DNA of 63,997 bases, filler included, from Raillietiella orientalis (Eukaryota), in NCBI GenBank assembly GCA_036172245.1. It is 3 parts of 3 records of this genome, joined end to end, with 100 filler letters (N's around TTAATTAATTAA, not from the genome) between each part and the next. Parts side by side here need not be neighbours in the genome. Positions count along the whole stretch, not along the records: positions 1 to 28,045 come from JAYWIR010000210.1; 2 more parts are not named here. One strand, given 5' to 3'. Position 1 is the first letter of the stretch; each line of letters begins with the position of its first letter. The notes beneath the pieces were generated by a model, which was not told the origin of the DNA, made no database searches, and saw only the letters and a list, made by a program, of their open reading frames with translations. A program made the translations under genes and the position numbers. Positions 1 to 13,205 of this stretch are shown piece by piece.

Positions 1-1625
1 ATTGGAGTCGCCTCCTCGTCGGCTTCCGCACGTGGGTGATGCCCGACTTGGGCTCCCACGCTGCCATCCACTGGTTCCTCCACCATTGGATCCCCCTCGC
101 GCGGAGGCGCAATGCACCTTCGGGGTTTCTAGGATTTTCTTCCCGCTTTCCTTGGTGGTGCTTCCGCAGAGGAGGATGCACTTCCGGCCTCCCGGTATGA
201 CTCACCTGCGGGGGCCACTTTAGCCGCTGCCGGCCTACGCAACCCCTTTCGCGAAGAGTTCTCGCGTTTGGCAAGCGTTGCCGCAAGCTCCTCGGCGGCC
301 TTCTCGAAGGCTGCGTCCTTGGTTTCGGTGATTTTGTCGTCCGGCTGACCCTCTTCGCAAACGGGGGGTGGTTTTTCGCGCGCATTCGTCGCGGCGGGAA
401 AATCGATCGAAGCCGTATCGCCTCCGGTGGTGTCGGCGGGAACGTCAATGCGCTCCAGCGTAACCGTGCATTCTCGAAGAGTTTTTACGCGCGACACGGA
501 TTGAGCTTTTGTTCCGGCCGCCGCCTTCTCTCCTTTCTTCGGGACATGCTTGTCCTTTTTTTCTTTTTTGGCTTTGACTAGCTGACAGCCCTGTTCACCC
601 TCTGCGGTTTCGGGAAGATGTTTCTCCGATGCGGCGCTTGGAGCTTGGGTTATTGGCAGCTTTTCTCCGCCAGTTTCACGGTTTTCTAATTTTTCTTTCC
701 CCGCGCTTTTCGCTTGCGCCTTTTTGGCGGCCGAGGAAATTGGGGTGGGGTGTTTAGGACACACGCGACGGACGTGTCCCTTCTCCCCGCACAAGTAGCA
801 TACGATGTTCGGGCACCTCTTACGGATGTGTCCGACCGCATCGCAGTAGCCGCAACACCGTGGCTTGCCAGCATACCAGAGGTCTATTGATTCTCCCGCG
901 ACCTCAAGTTTGTGGGGTAGCTTCGCTTTGTTTTTTGGGGTTACGCGTGCCGCAGCGAGGCCCCGAAGTGGCGTCCGTAGCCCTCAAAGATTGTGGGCTT
1001 CGGCCACAGCGCGTGTACGTCCCCGTACTTACTAATTCTGCTTTTACGGCAGTGCGCGTCATGCGCTTGGATATTCCTGTCAAGTGGACCACTACCGAGT
1101 GGTCCATTGACACCGGGAAGATCTTACGGCCCTCCATGATCAGCGGGGTATTTGTAAGGCGATCGGCTAGGCTGATGCTCTTGCACACCAGCTCAACCCG
1201 CTGCGCCCCGATGAGCACGCACAGACCGTCCAGATCTTCCTCACGGACATTAGCATTTTGTAGCGCTCTGCTGAAAGAGCGCGCCGTGTTTCCTTCAAAC
1301 AAAGGGCCTACCTTGTATACAAGCGATGGCTTGTATTCAGAGGCCCAATAGGCGGTTTTCTCGGCCATGGCCTTCGCACCGGGGGCGGCGACCATTTCAC
1401 TCCATGTCTTCGCCGGCTCCGCAGACGCCCCAGGGACTGTTCCCCTTATAGCTGTAGGTTGTGTGGTAGGACTTGCCTCCTTCACGACTACATTTATCGC
1501 GGGGTTCTCTGGCACGGCTGCCATCGGACATCGACGACCCACACTTGAGACCTAACTACACAAAAAACTCCGGTTGCTTCCCAGACAAGCGCTGGCGGAG
1601 AGACCAAAAAACACGTCCACCCACA
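1..1625 (-). mobile_element. L1/Tx1-like LINE (E1): 5' UTR plus decayed ORF1 (gag-like CCHC zinc-knuckle protein); continues off the window start
   Basis: ORFs 904..1542 and 129..794 match the 514-aa ORF1 at 62392..63936 (SLVYKVGPLFEG; CGEKGHVRRVCPK knuckle). Frameshifts and deletions are present. The 5' UTR motif GGACGTGTTTTT (1607-1618) is shared with E11. Confidence 0.85.
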
Positions 1626-1642
1626 CCGACTTTCGGCGATGC

Positions 1643-2445
1643 CACCCGGGTACGCCGGGACGTTTATTTAAAACATTTCAATAGTCAATACAGAACGTGG
1701 TACAAGGCCCCACTGACGGCCACGCAATACCGGAACTGCCGGGACACCGGGACGCAGCTCGGTGTGGCTCTTCTCGGCAGTGGAGGGGGATGGAAGAGAA
1801 AAATGAAATAAAATAAAAGAGAAAAACAAACCAGAAAAAAAAAAAAAAAAAAAAAAATTAAAAAGTTTGGAGGGCCGCGAAGGGATCACAGAAAACTGCT
1901 GGGAGCGCCCATCCTTTGCAGGATGCCTTCTAGTTCCATTTTCAGCTTTCTTAGATGGGGCCATCGGGTAGCTCTCTGCAGGAAGCGCGAAGCATACTCG
2001 ATGACGTCCCTCACGATGCAGTCTTCATCTTCGGCATCACTCCAGGCCGCCACGATACCACGAATGCAGCAAAGTGCTGCCAGAGCTGCGGCTGGACTGA
2101 GAGCGTCCCGCACGGAGACAAGACTGAAGATGCATTCAAATTGCCACCATCCGGTATCCGGAGGGCCGTTTTCAGACGATCCCAGAGAATCTGGACGGCA
2201 GGGCATTCAACTAAGAGGTGGGGGAACGACTCCCGCTCCCCACACCTGGCACACGCAGGATTTACTCTTCCCCGCGTCCAGTGGAAGCGGCGCCCGTTGC
2301 AGGGTAGACCCCAATGCAGCCACAAAAGCGCCAATTCTTGCCACTTCAGGGGGAGAATCCTGGATCCAAGTAGAATCGGGGGCCACTTCAGGTCATCCAA
2401 TCGAATGCCGAGCAGCTCGCCCCAACTTCTTAATCCACGCAACTT
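1643..2445 (-). mobile_element. 5'-truncated LINE (E2): ORF2 C-terminus with CCHC zinc finger, 3' UTR and terminal hairpin
   Basis: CARCGERESFPHLLVECP zinc finger and WPHL...GILQRM C-terminus shared with the other copies. T-rich 3' UTR (A-run on + at ~1835-1857). Terminal AATAAACGTCCCGGCGTACCCGGGTG at 1668-1643. Confidence 0.85.
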
Positions 2446-4948
2446 AGGGCTGAGGAACGACCGCGCATATCACCACGCCCGTCTTTACACTAGGAATCCC
2501 GACGTTCGACGCCTGGCGGAGTATAAAGCTGGGGCTGAGCGACAGACCTGGCAATCCTGGTCGCCCAGCTTGCTGGACGCCCAAGGCCAAGAATGCTCTG
2601 CTCCGGCGAGAATAAACCGCATCCTGCGGAACTATTACTCCTCCTTGTACGCGCGTAGAACAACAGAGAACGCCGTGGCGCAGCGCTTGCTGCCGCAAGG
2701 CGCCCCCGCGCTGCAGGAGGAGCAGGCACATGAACTCGCGGAGCCTTTCTTGATGGCGGAGATCGTCTCCGCCATCGGAAAGCTCCAAAAGAGGAAAGCA
2801 CCAGGGGAAGACGGTCTGCCTGCGGAGTTCTACCAAGGCTTCGTGGCGAGCTGGCCCCCCTGGTGCATCGGCTATGCATGCTGATCCGAGAACAAGGGGA
2901 CGTCCCCAAATCGTTCCGGTCAGCTAGAGTACGTCTCCTGCCGAAAGGAGGAGACAATGGCAACTTAGGCAACTGGCGTCCCATCACAGCAGTGAATGCG
3001 GATGCGAAGTTGCTTGCCAAGCTTTGGGCTGAGCGACTGGGACGGGTGGCGGAATCCGTGGTGAGTCCGGAGTAGACATGCGCTGTTCCCGGACGAAGCA
3101 TGGAGGCCAACCTGTTCCTCGCCAGTACATGGTGGCAGTTGCAACAAAGCGAAGACCAGGGAGGTCAAGAGAATCCTGGATTTTCCTCTGACCAGGGGAA
3201 GGACGCCCTTCATGGAAGAGCCGCGCCCGGTGCCCTTGCGGTCGCAGTCGATCTGCGTAAAGCGTTCGATTGCGTCGACCAGGAACTCCTTCTGGAGCTC
3301 CTGGAACGCTTGGGATTCCCGGCCGTCTTCCGGGCTTACCTGCGCTCCTGCTGGCGCTTCGCTCTAATCAACATCTCTTTTAGCGGCCGGCACGTGTACG
3401 GCATGCCGGATCGGCGTGGCATAAGGCAGGGTGACAGTCTGAGCCCCATGCTCTTCAGTATCTACTTCGAGCTGGTGCTGAAGGCATACAGGGAGACTCT
3501 GGCAACCCTGCCAAGCTCGTGTCCCGGCACGCCTGCCGTGTCGGCCTACGCCGACGACGTTCTGCTCCTGCTCCCCGGGTCCACCCCGGCGTCGGCGCTG
3601 GAAGATTTCTTTGAGTTGCTGCGCCGCGGGACGGGCCTCGAGGTGAACAGAGAGAAATCTTCCATCGTTCCAAGATCACCACAACTTTTCAACAATACGG
3701 CGTGGGCCGGACGGCCGGACTGGATCTGCTTGGGGATCCCCACAAGCAGGTGCTTAAAGTACCTTGGCGTTCCGTTGGGGGACTTCTGCGTTGCAGAAGC
3801 CTGGTCCGACCGTCTCCAAAAGGTGGAGTTGGCGATCGGCCCGTTCTGGAACAACAAGTTTTACTTGCAGGAGCAGGCCGCGGTTTGAAACGCGTTCGCG
3901 GCCCCCCTCCTTCGCCCCTTACTTTTTGTTTGTTCCGCCCCTACCAACATACAGAGACGGACCAAAGCCCTCTTGAGAACTGCCCTTTGGGGCACAGCGA
4001 GGTCGCGAGTCCGATTGAAAGACTTGTGCGCTCCACGCAGGGATGGCGGCTTGGGTCTCCTTACGTTGGAGCGCATCCAACTACAGACGACACTTCGGAA
4101 ATTAGCCCTTGCGGCTAGGTTATGGAAGACGCCATGGTGCGATCCTGCACGGCTCCTCGCCAGAAGAGCGACCGGCTGCGGAGGATTGTCCTCGATCCTC
4201 GTGGCCTACCAGCGCCGCCTCTTCAACTGTGGCCTTGATTTGCGCCAGATGGTCGCCATGATGAGGAAGAATACGTGGATCTCCTGCCTTCCCGCGAACT
4301 GCACTGCCTGGCTTCAGGAATCAGCTTCCGCGTGGGCTAAGATCAACGGCACGAGCGAGGCGGAATACAATTGCCTACGACGAGGACCGTACTCTCGAAA
4401 GCCGCTGCAGGAGATTATCAACACGCCCCGGAAGTTTCTGTGGGCTTCATTCAGTCCCCTTGCCCCCGTTCTGTCCTCCCTAAAAAACAGTCGGAGCAGC
4501 AACGAGCTGGCATCGTGGGAAGTGTCCTGCCTCATCCGAGGCAGGAAAAAACCTTTAAAGGCGTGGTCGACTCGGGAGCTCACGGATGCTGCCACCCCGA
4601 ACGTACCGCCTCACGGACTTGAGCGCTGGGGAGAGCTGCTCGCAATACCTCCGAAGGAGGTGAAGTGGCCCCCAACGTGATAAGATTGCGGCACACTTCC
4701 GTTGAAGTGGCAGGAGACGGCGTTGCTATTTCTGCACTGGGGACTGTTAGGCAGAGCACGCCTGTCTCACTGGACACTGGGGAATGTAAATGCCCACTGT
4801 GTCGAGTGCGGAGAAAGAGAAACCTTCCCGCATCTCACCCTCGAGTGTGTCGCCATGGATGGACTCAGGAGTCGAATCGCCCCGATGATCCATCTTCCAG
4901 TAGGCGACCCTAAGGAAATTTACCGTCGCCTCTTTCTGCGTTCGCAGT
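2446..4948 (+). mobile_element. LINE ORF2 fragment (E3): linker, reverse transcriptase and C-terminal zinc finger; decayed
   Basis: RT motifs KAPGEDGLP, WRPITAVN, DLRKAFD, IRQGDSLSP, YADD, KYLG, then GGLG and CVECGERETFPHLTLEC. Interrupted by a frameshift near 2860, TAG 3073, TGA 3886 and TGA-TAA 4678-4683. Confidence 0.92.
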
Positions 4949-5520
4949 CTTATGCCCGTGAGGTGGACCACGAAGGTGCGGTCCTCCGTCACAGGGTAGA
5001 TCCTGCGGCCGTCCACCGTATTGGGGGTATTCAGCAGGCGCTGCGCCATACTTGCCTCTCTGCATGTCAGCACTATTCGCTGTCCCCCACTGAGGACGGA
5101 TAGGCACTTAACGTCTTTCTCCCTCGCATTCAGTGTTAGCAGCTGCATTTGAAAGGAACGTGGAATTTTTTCGTGGAACACACTGCCTATTTTATAGATC
5201 AGCGATGGTTTGTAGCCGCTGTCCTTGTGAGAAGTCTGCTCCGCTACCGCACCTGGGGATGGTGCAGCAACGACGGCACTGTAGCTCCTCGCCGCTGGCG
5301 AAGAAGGTCGCGAAAGGTCGGTTGACCAGAATTCCGTGGGGGCGGATGCCTCCACTTTCATGGGTGAAGAAGGGCAAGTCGCATCTTTTCCTTAGATTTC
5401 CCTAGCGGTGTCCTCAGGCATTTCTGCCATTGGACAGTGGCGCTTCCATACACCAGACAAACCGAACGAAAACCTACGCACTTACCAGACCGCTCTTCGA
5501 TGTCACGCCACTTCCGCTCC
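4945..5520 (-). mobile_element. LINE 5' end and ORF1 N-terminal fragment (E4)
   Basis: ORF 4747..5361 contains SYSAVVAAP, YKPSLIYKIG and VVHLTGI, homologous to the ORF1 N-termini of E1 and E10. Homology stops at ~4945, where E3 ends. Confidence 0.8.
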
Positions 5521-6134
5521 CTAGAAGAACACAGGTGTGAATCCCAACTGTGCCCGGTGTGAGGAGCGGGAAACCCTTCCGAACCTTTCAGATGACTGTG
5601 TTGCCCTCCGGCCCCTGTGGGAACGGTTCCGTTCCAGCATAGTGATCCTGAAAGGTAGCCCTTCCAGAGACGTTTTTCGGCTTCTCTTCGTACGGGACGT
5701 CCTGCAGTCAGCCTCCGTGCTAGCAGCTCTTTGCTGCGTAAGCGGTATTGTGGCAGCTTGGAGTGGATCCGACGAAGCCGAAGATGTTACCGGAAGGGAT
5801 GCCATGAAGTATGCAGCACTTTTACTCCGATTAGTATCCCAATGGCCCCACCTGGGAAATCTGTACCAGGACCTTGTCGGCATCCTGCAAAGGATGGAGG
5901 CTCTACGCAACGGACAGTGATTCCTTCCCGGCCCTCCAAATGACAAGTGTTTTTACTTTTTCTAAATTTTTTTATTTTTGTTCTTCCCCAACCCCATTCG
6001 TTGACCTTGAGTGCTAAGTCGGTCTGCGCACTGACCACACGACAGCTTCATAGAACTTTTGACCGCAGTGGGGCCTTGTATCGCAAACACTGTGAGTTTT
6101 GTTAAATAAATGTGCCGGGTTGACCAAGTGAAAA
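5521..6134 (+). mobile_element. 5'-truncated LINE 3' end (E5)
   Basis: NPNCARCEERETLP...WPHL...GILQRM matches E2. The 3' UTR motif CAGTGGGGCCTTGTA is shared with E2. AATAAA at 6105-6110 is followed by a degenerate terminal motif and AAAA. Confidence 0.8.
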
Positions 6135-6861
6135 CGTCGAAACGAACGTTCAGCACCGCCTGTACCTCCCTGCCCCGGACAAGGAGCATAGGCAACCTGC
6201 AGCATAGTAAGTGGACGTTACTCCTTGTTGGAGAAATAGATGATTGCCGGATCCAGCTGCTATTTCATATGTTTCGAACAAACTAATTATACGCCAGATC
6301 GGGCTCAGAAGATTCTTTCTGCAACATGTGTTCTCATAAAGACAATTTTAATATACGTAGAAAGATTGATGCAAGCATTTCATTCTTAGATTCCAACCTG
6401 TGTTTCAATGCTCAAGTCACGAAGTAAGAATTTCCATTGTTTATTTTTCCAGCTGTGACGAAACACCCAAAAAAATCCAAAGTAATGTTCACAACGTTTT
6501 TATTCTCAAAAGCTCATTCTGCGAGAAGATCTTCAGAGGTACTGTTGAAAACCATCCGATCAATCAGGTGGAGTTTTGACTGTAACTGTGAAACGGCTTC
6601 CTCTAAGAGAGGTCCAAACACACCGCAACTTGCTCGGAACAGATCCAGGATTTAGCCCAGCCTGTAGCCTTAAGCATATTTAATGATAAACACGAAATTA
6701 TTAAATGCATAAGAAGCAATAGACAAATGAAGCAATAGTTTACAAGCACAGTCACTCAGAAGTGCGAGTTTTGGATATCAAGAACAACTGAAAAACAGAA
6801 AATCCGAAAACAGATTAAAAAATTACCGAATACTTCAGAAAACAGACTTCTGAATGTGTAC

Positions 6862-6957
6862 AAAGGTTAACAAATTAGGTTAGAGTAAGGTTATACTGAG
6901 GTATACCAAGTTATTGTGATATGACACTAAGTTATACTACGGTTATAGGGTGATACG
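6862..6957. repeat. Short degenerate ~10-bp periodic repeat (AGGTTATACT-like)
   Basis: aaggttatactg, aggtatacc, aagttattg, aagttatactac and ggttatagg recur at roughly 10-bp spacing. Confidence 0.5.
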
Positions 6958-7487
6958 AAAAAAAGAGTACGTCTACAGATTCCCCAGAATACAAAGGAAA
7001 TAGAAAACAGCTTGGAATATACGAACATTCAAAAATCTTTTTCAGCAGAGCTAAGAACTACAGAAAAACAACAATCAAACTTAAACAACTAGCGTTATAC
7101 ATACATGCAATCAGCACAAGTAGTACATACCTCCAAGTTGCTCCTCCTCCAAATTCCAGATAACACTCCCCACTAAACTGCGTTAAAAACAAACTCACTG
7201 CCATACTAGAATGGGGATCCAATGGCTGAAATGCTAATAAGATCGGTGCGTATGAGAAATCAGCTTACAAATAGAGACACAGTGCAAACACCACGCCCCA
7301 CAGTGGAACGTGAATTAGTCAGAGAAATCTCGCATGCTCCTGCATGGTTGGTAAAAAAAGAAACACAAGGTCCTCGTAGATTTTCGAAGCCCAATACTTC
7401 TGAGAGAGCTCTATCCGAAGAAACACTAGAATTTCCAATGTGCAAAGAATCAGAACCAATTTCCTTATAGCATAAAATTCCAGGAAT

Positions 7488-10400
7488 CACCTATGAAAAA
7501 CAACCAGTGAGTAACTTAGTAAAGTATGCGAAACGCCGAATGCGAAGAAAAATATTTCGCAGCAATGAGCAAGCAGTTTGCGCAATGTGAAGCGAAGCCA
7601 TTCCGGAGAATCGCAATGCTTGATATCACGGCGAGTAGAGGACGCAACATAGTAAACAGCACTTCCACAAGCCATACGAATCCAAAAAAAATTACGTCAC
7701 TTTTCGGTTAAGCGCCTTCCATACAAGTAGTAATATCCAATGGAAATACCGTTGGAAACCACATCGGACATGAGAAACGCGAGAACATTCAAAGGATGAC
7801 GATGGAAATAGCAAACAAGGACGGAGAAAAAAAACACGGAAGGCTGCATTTGAAAACAGAACAACAGAGGAAAGCAATGTGACAAAGAATGCGCAAAAAC
7901 TTGGAAAGGGAGCAAAAAGCCTTTACTTTACAACTGGGCAGACTCGGCATCCCTACGTAACTGCGTTCGATGGATGGACTTCTTCCAAGCGCGCACGTGA
8001 CCCTCTGAAGGTCGCAGCTCACGTACACCAGATCAGCGACTCCGCATCCAAATTTATTCTAGTCATCTCGAGAAGCCCTTAGTAACCAGCAAGGTTTGCT
8101 GCCGTAAATGCGCAGATGGTCAGAAAGAGGACACTGCGCATTAAGGCAGATTTCGTAAAGAGTAAATGGACCATGTCTGAACTTTCGAAAAGACGTTACT
8201 GCAGCACAGAAGCAATGTAAAGGTCCAGCATCGCAAAGCAGAAATCACTCATTCAGAGCGCAGAACGGAGCGCAAGTCTATGGTAAAACTGGGCACAAAT
8301 TGGAAAAATTCTGTTCTGCGGCAGGATGAACGGAAGTGGAGACGAAGTTTCGTTTCGACGGTAGCATCCTCGGAAGAGAAAGGCGCGCAACCCACGAGCA
8401 CCAAACCACATGCTCTCACAGGTTGCATGCAAACTAACCAAAGGCAAAACAAGCGTTCCGTTACTCTCAGTTGCGCGAAGAATGTCGACTGCGCGACGCC
8501 GGATACAAGGAGCCGCACGCAAGAAGAGAAAACGCGGTCCGACCAGTGATGCAATGGCTCTCTCTAATAATGCTGCTTACGATGGTTAACAAGATGCGGC
8601 ACAGCATCCTGCAGCCTTCCATAACTTCACACAGGACGAGTGGTTTCTTGAGCGCTGCATTCAGCAGAGGCGCGGACCTTCTGCAGCATTTATACCCAAG
8701 TACGCACATTGCCAACCAATACCAGCCATGGTCAACACTTGTAACGACATGAGTCAAATGTGTCGGAGACTCATAGTTCTTGAGAGCCTCGCATCGCAAT
8801 ATCGGTGATGCAATCCTAAAGGATTCCCAGCTGCAGAGAGGTTAGCTGCAAATAAGACGAGCGAAGTCCCCGCGAACCTGCGCTACAAGGATGAGTTTAA
8901 GATTATCGGCAAAACAAAGTGTGAAGGCACGCATCACTGCAGCCTCCCGATCCGCACGGCAAAAAGGGAAAGAAAGTCATGCAGCCAACGAACAATTCTT
9001 CTAAGACCTGCTGTTTCCACAAAAGCTACTTACAAGAAATACCTGAAAATCAAATGAAACAAAGCTAGCGAACTCCGTATCGTATCATAAAAGACCTCGC
9101 AGCCTGATATGGAAAACTACATGTCCACAGGAACAAGGGAATTTAAAAGGCCACAAAAACCAATAGGAAATTATAGCTGCTTTTCGTTTCCTTCGGGCTG
9201 CATTGCTTCAATGTTGCTCGTCAGCTACGCGCTGCACGAGTGAAACTTTTCTTCAACAAAGACATCCTAACAGACTGTCTCAACGCTCCCAAAACAAACG
9301 TCCTAAACGAGATCCGTGCGCTACAACGAATTCTTGCCTCCAGCCAGATTTTATGCAAAAACCCAAAATCAATATTAAGAAAAAGGTGCCTCCTCCTGAG
9401 CTGCGTCGTATGTTATCCAACATAAAAATGCGGAATTTCTACAACATGTTGGAAAGCAATGTAGGCAGTGCGCGAGCTCGAAGCTTACAGAAATGCCATC
9501 AACTTTCGAGCAGGTCTTAAGAGAATAACGGGATTGCGCTTTTGTGCTGCGATCGCTGTCGAAATGCAGAAGCTGTGAAGTGAACGCTTCACTGTAAGAG
9601 AAGGAGTCTTCCATGAATTCAGTGACATGGTAGATTGAACCGCAAGCACCAGTTCCATCCTGTCACAGTTGGGAAACAATATACGCCAAACCTATTACTT
9701 TGACCAGTTCTCAGTCCATTTGCTGTCAACTGTATTCCCCATGCTGCTGCTTTTCAGCGCAAACAGCATGCAGTTGGCAAGGGAGCAAAAGATCTTTTAC
9801 AAACCGCCAAATCTATCTTAGAAGCGAACGACAGCTCCGTATGCTCTTTTGGAGTTTCTAGGATAAAACGTCGCGTGCTTCGTCACGAGATCACGGCACA
9901 TTCGTTTCAAAAGGAATAACTCGGAACTGGAGAAACACGAAGAAACCTGCGGAAGTAAAGAAAAAGCGATCGAGATCAGAACAGGAAGGAGAGATCTGGC
10001 AGGAAAAAACGGTACACTTCAGAAGTTCGTCGTTCGAGAACGCACTAAGGAGAGGAAAAAGTTCCCGAACACGGCAATGATGACAAATCTCGACAGCTGG
10101 ATGGACATTTCTCATATTTCAACTCGACAATGCGAGAAGATGATTACGCGTTCACTGGGCTTTGCACTGCAGCAAAGAGCTCAAAATCGCACTTTTGTCG
10201 ATGAAATTGGATCCGTGTGCCAGCTGCTCCTTAGGATCAATTCGTTTTTTTAGAGCCCAAGTTCTCTCTGAGGATCAGTGTCGAGGGCACATGGCAAAGA
10301 TGCCTTCAAACGACCACAGGCGATCTCAAAAGGATGGAAATTCTTACAAGCAACTAGTGCGCCAAAGAGTCGGTACACAAGCAGAACGCATTTCTCCTGG

Positions 10401-11697
10401 ATGTAACCAAAAGAAATAGAGTTTTCGTATCCGCGTTTTCACGACGATAAACTGAGTATCCTGAAGCAAAACAGGATGCAGCGTCATCACTTGTTTCGGA
10501 AGTTTGCCGCAGCGGCGAAGTTTCCAATCACCTGTACTATTCCGATCCCGGCACGGATGGCCTGGAGTTTCTCCTCATCTACCTCGACGGAAAAATGCCC
10601 CGAATTGCACATGAGCACCGACAGATGGTCGATGCGGTGCTGTTCAGTACCTAAAAAAAAAAATGTGCTTGGTATACTTTCTTATTCTCAGCTCATGCTC
10701 ATTGCTCGTTCCGTGAAAGCATCGAAGGAACGAAGAAGACGTCGTTGCATGGAAGAAATTAAACTGCTTTCGCGAAAACGATCCTGAGCAACAGCATAGA
10801 CGTAAACTTGACAAAAAGTGAAAGCAGATCTGTAGCAGTATCGCAACGCGCAAATTTCTTCTGCTTGTTTGCTTGCAGTGTCAGCTGCCTGACGCTTCTA
10901 ATCCCAACGCTGTTCCTGGAGGAGATATTTGCAGGACCGATTCAACTTGAAACCTCGCTGGGTGGAGTGGAGATGCCCGTACATACTTTGAATAGCCTCG
11001 GGCTCGTCCTGTTAAGCGGAAAGACTCAAACACGTGATCCGCATTGGACCACCGCATGCAACACACGCTTCCATCAGTGATGCAGAGAGACCAGGATTCT
11101 AGATCGAGCCCGATTGGATGAAGGGCTGCTGCTGCTGCGGACGCTCTGCGTGTTTCGTTGTGCCAGATATTTTTATGGCTTTGCTTGGTTTTCCGTAATC
11201 GCAGAGTTTCTTGCGTGCAAGAAGAGTGCACGAAGCACAACTGCAGTGAGAGAGCCACGATCGTCATCAGCTTTGCATCTCGGAAGTTTCACTCTCATGA
11301 GTGCGCCGCCTTATCAGATACTCAGATAATGTTACACTCAGGAATTTTGCACTCGGTTGCGTCGCCCAGAGACGCCAAGGATGGGTAGTGTGAGTGCGAG
11401 GAATACATCGCCGTCCGTTGACGTTTGCGAGGGGACTCTGGGATTCCCTCGTTCCACCTCACTTCATCTTGAGGTCTGCCATGGAAGAGTTCAAATCGTT
11501 TGGGCGATCATGCTTGCTGCCCTTTCTTCTCCACCAGGAAAAGCTTGCTTCCTTATCCCACCGGGAACTTTCCTTACGCATTCAAGCGCCATCATTTTGA
11601 GGTTCTCTAATTCTCTCATTACCTTTCCTCTCCTTTCAATTTTGCTTCACACTTTGTTTTAGGCGAGTAGCGTGGAAACGCGGGCGCCAGATGTTCT
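7488..11697 (+). repeat. Left arm of a ~4.2-kb diverged inverted duplication; origin unidentified
   Basis: Colinear reverse-complement match to 13206-17398 along its whole length. Paired ORFs: 7879..8082(+)/16811..17014(-), 8467..8799(-)/16094..16426(+), 11357..11662(+)/13204..13515(-). Confidence 0.92.
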
Positions 11698-13205
11698 TTC
11701 AGGAAGTCGGGAAGCGGACGAGGAGAATACGCACCTGCGTGCTGTTCCTATGTTCGGGCAAAGAATGGGGAACGTGCGTAACGACAACTTTCCGTCGATG
11801 TTTTCGGAACTAGGGAAGTCTATAGAGAAAGCCAAAGGAGGAGAACGTTTTTGACCATCACGGTGGTCGTGGTCGATTAGCAAGTTTATTCAGCCTCTTC
11901 CTCCCTTTTCCAGTTTTGTGGCTTCAAAATATTGCAAACGTGAGCACTCCGAACGATCGACCGTACAGCTGGTCTGACGTATTCGCTTTCATTCCCGAAT
12001 AGAAAGAGCGCAATCTCGAATTCGCAAGGTTCTCAGAAGACAGTCTTCGGAACATCGGTATGAACAAAGGGCCAGAGGACGCTGTTAGTTGATAAATCGC
12101 AGATTCTTTCGAAGAGTTCGTTGTGGTTGAGATGCTGTTTGAGAGCTTGAAGCTATGTGTATCTGAAGTCGTAAGAAATTTGAAATCAAATGCTTCTTAT
12201 AGCGTTGTTCGATCACCGACACATGTTAAGAAACGTTAAAAAAAATGTTCCTCAATTCTTAATGAGAACATGCTTGAAACACAGCAGAAAAAATGTTATT
12301 TCTTTGGTTTCATAGGTAGGCTGTATAGAAAGAGGGAACCTTGCTTGATAGAAAGTAGATCAACCCGTTGATCAGGAGTCAGTGAGAAATATTCCTTCAA
12401 AGAAGATGGATTACTGCATGCTTGGTAACGCTTTCAAGTCAGTATTTCTTGTTCACATGAAAGTTCGGAGGAGTCGGCCAGTAAATCCTTGTTAGATGCT
12501 AACAAAATTCTAGTGAACCAATACAGATCTAAAAGCACTGATTCCCATTTGCAAAAACATGTGTTTCGTAAAACTTATAAACAGATGTGTTTTGAATTCT
12601 TGTAGATGACACCTGATCCTTACGTAATTCCACAGAGAGCATTCTTCAGAGAGTTAATGGAGGATTTTAAGCGAAGAACCAGCTGCTCTTCTCTATGAGA
12701 GGTGAGTAACAAAAGGAATTCATGTCCATCGATTTCAGCGTGGAGCTCTTAATGCAAACGAAGCACGTTCACAGAACCACAAGCAATACTTAACAGTAAA
12801 ATACGCAGATCATCCCAGCAAAAGAATTTTTGTTCACTACAAGGAGCTCCTACTCCGAAATATGACCGAAAGCACAAAAAGGCGCGATCTGATTCAATAG
12901 CGCCGATCTTCATTGCCCTAATATACTTTGTTGCCATGTTCTTTCAGAACTCACAAGACTTGTAGACATTATACGTAACTGGAATTAGCTTGAGCAATTA
13001 GAAGAAGCAGCCAAGCTGCTACATTTGGTAAAGTTACTCAGATTCTTCACGACACTAAGTAGTGAGTAGGTGAAGATCTTCACCGTTAAATTCTGTCGGG
13101 TATATCAACTCATCGTGACAACAGAAAAATGTTGCCCCAATCCGTGCTGCAGTTGAATGCCAGTTCAGCAAATTTGGATGTCTCGTCACCAAGAACACTA
13201 ACGTC

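Noticed and set aside
1643..4948. Twin-priming 5' inversion joining E2 and E3 as one insertion
   Set aside because: Both pieces contain the same KWPP-zinc finger region with different sequences, so they are separate copies.
6960..7490. Possible minus-strand membrane-protein gene or short GTATGT...CTAG intron near 7090-7130
   Set aside because: The hydrophobic translation is expected from T-rich sequence, stops occur in every frame, and I recognise no homolog or coherent exon structure.
12655..12700. WRILSEEPAALLYE as an Hsp70 RIINEPTAAALAY relic
   Set aside because: The resemblance is short and none of the flanking Hsp70 motifs are present.
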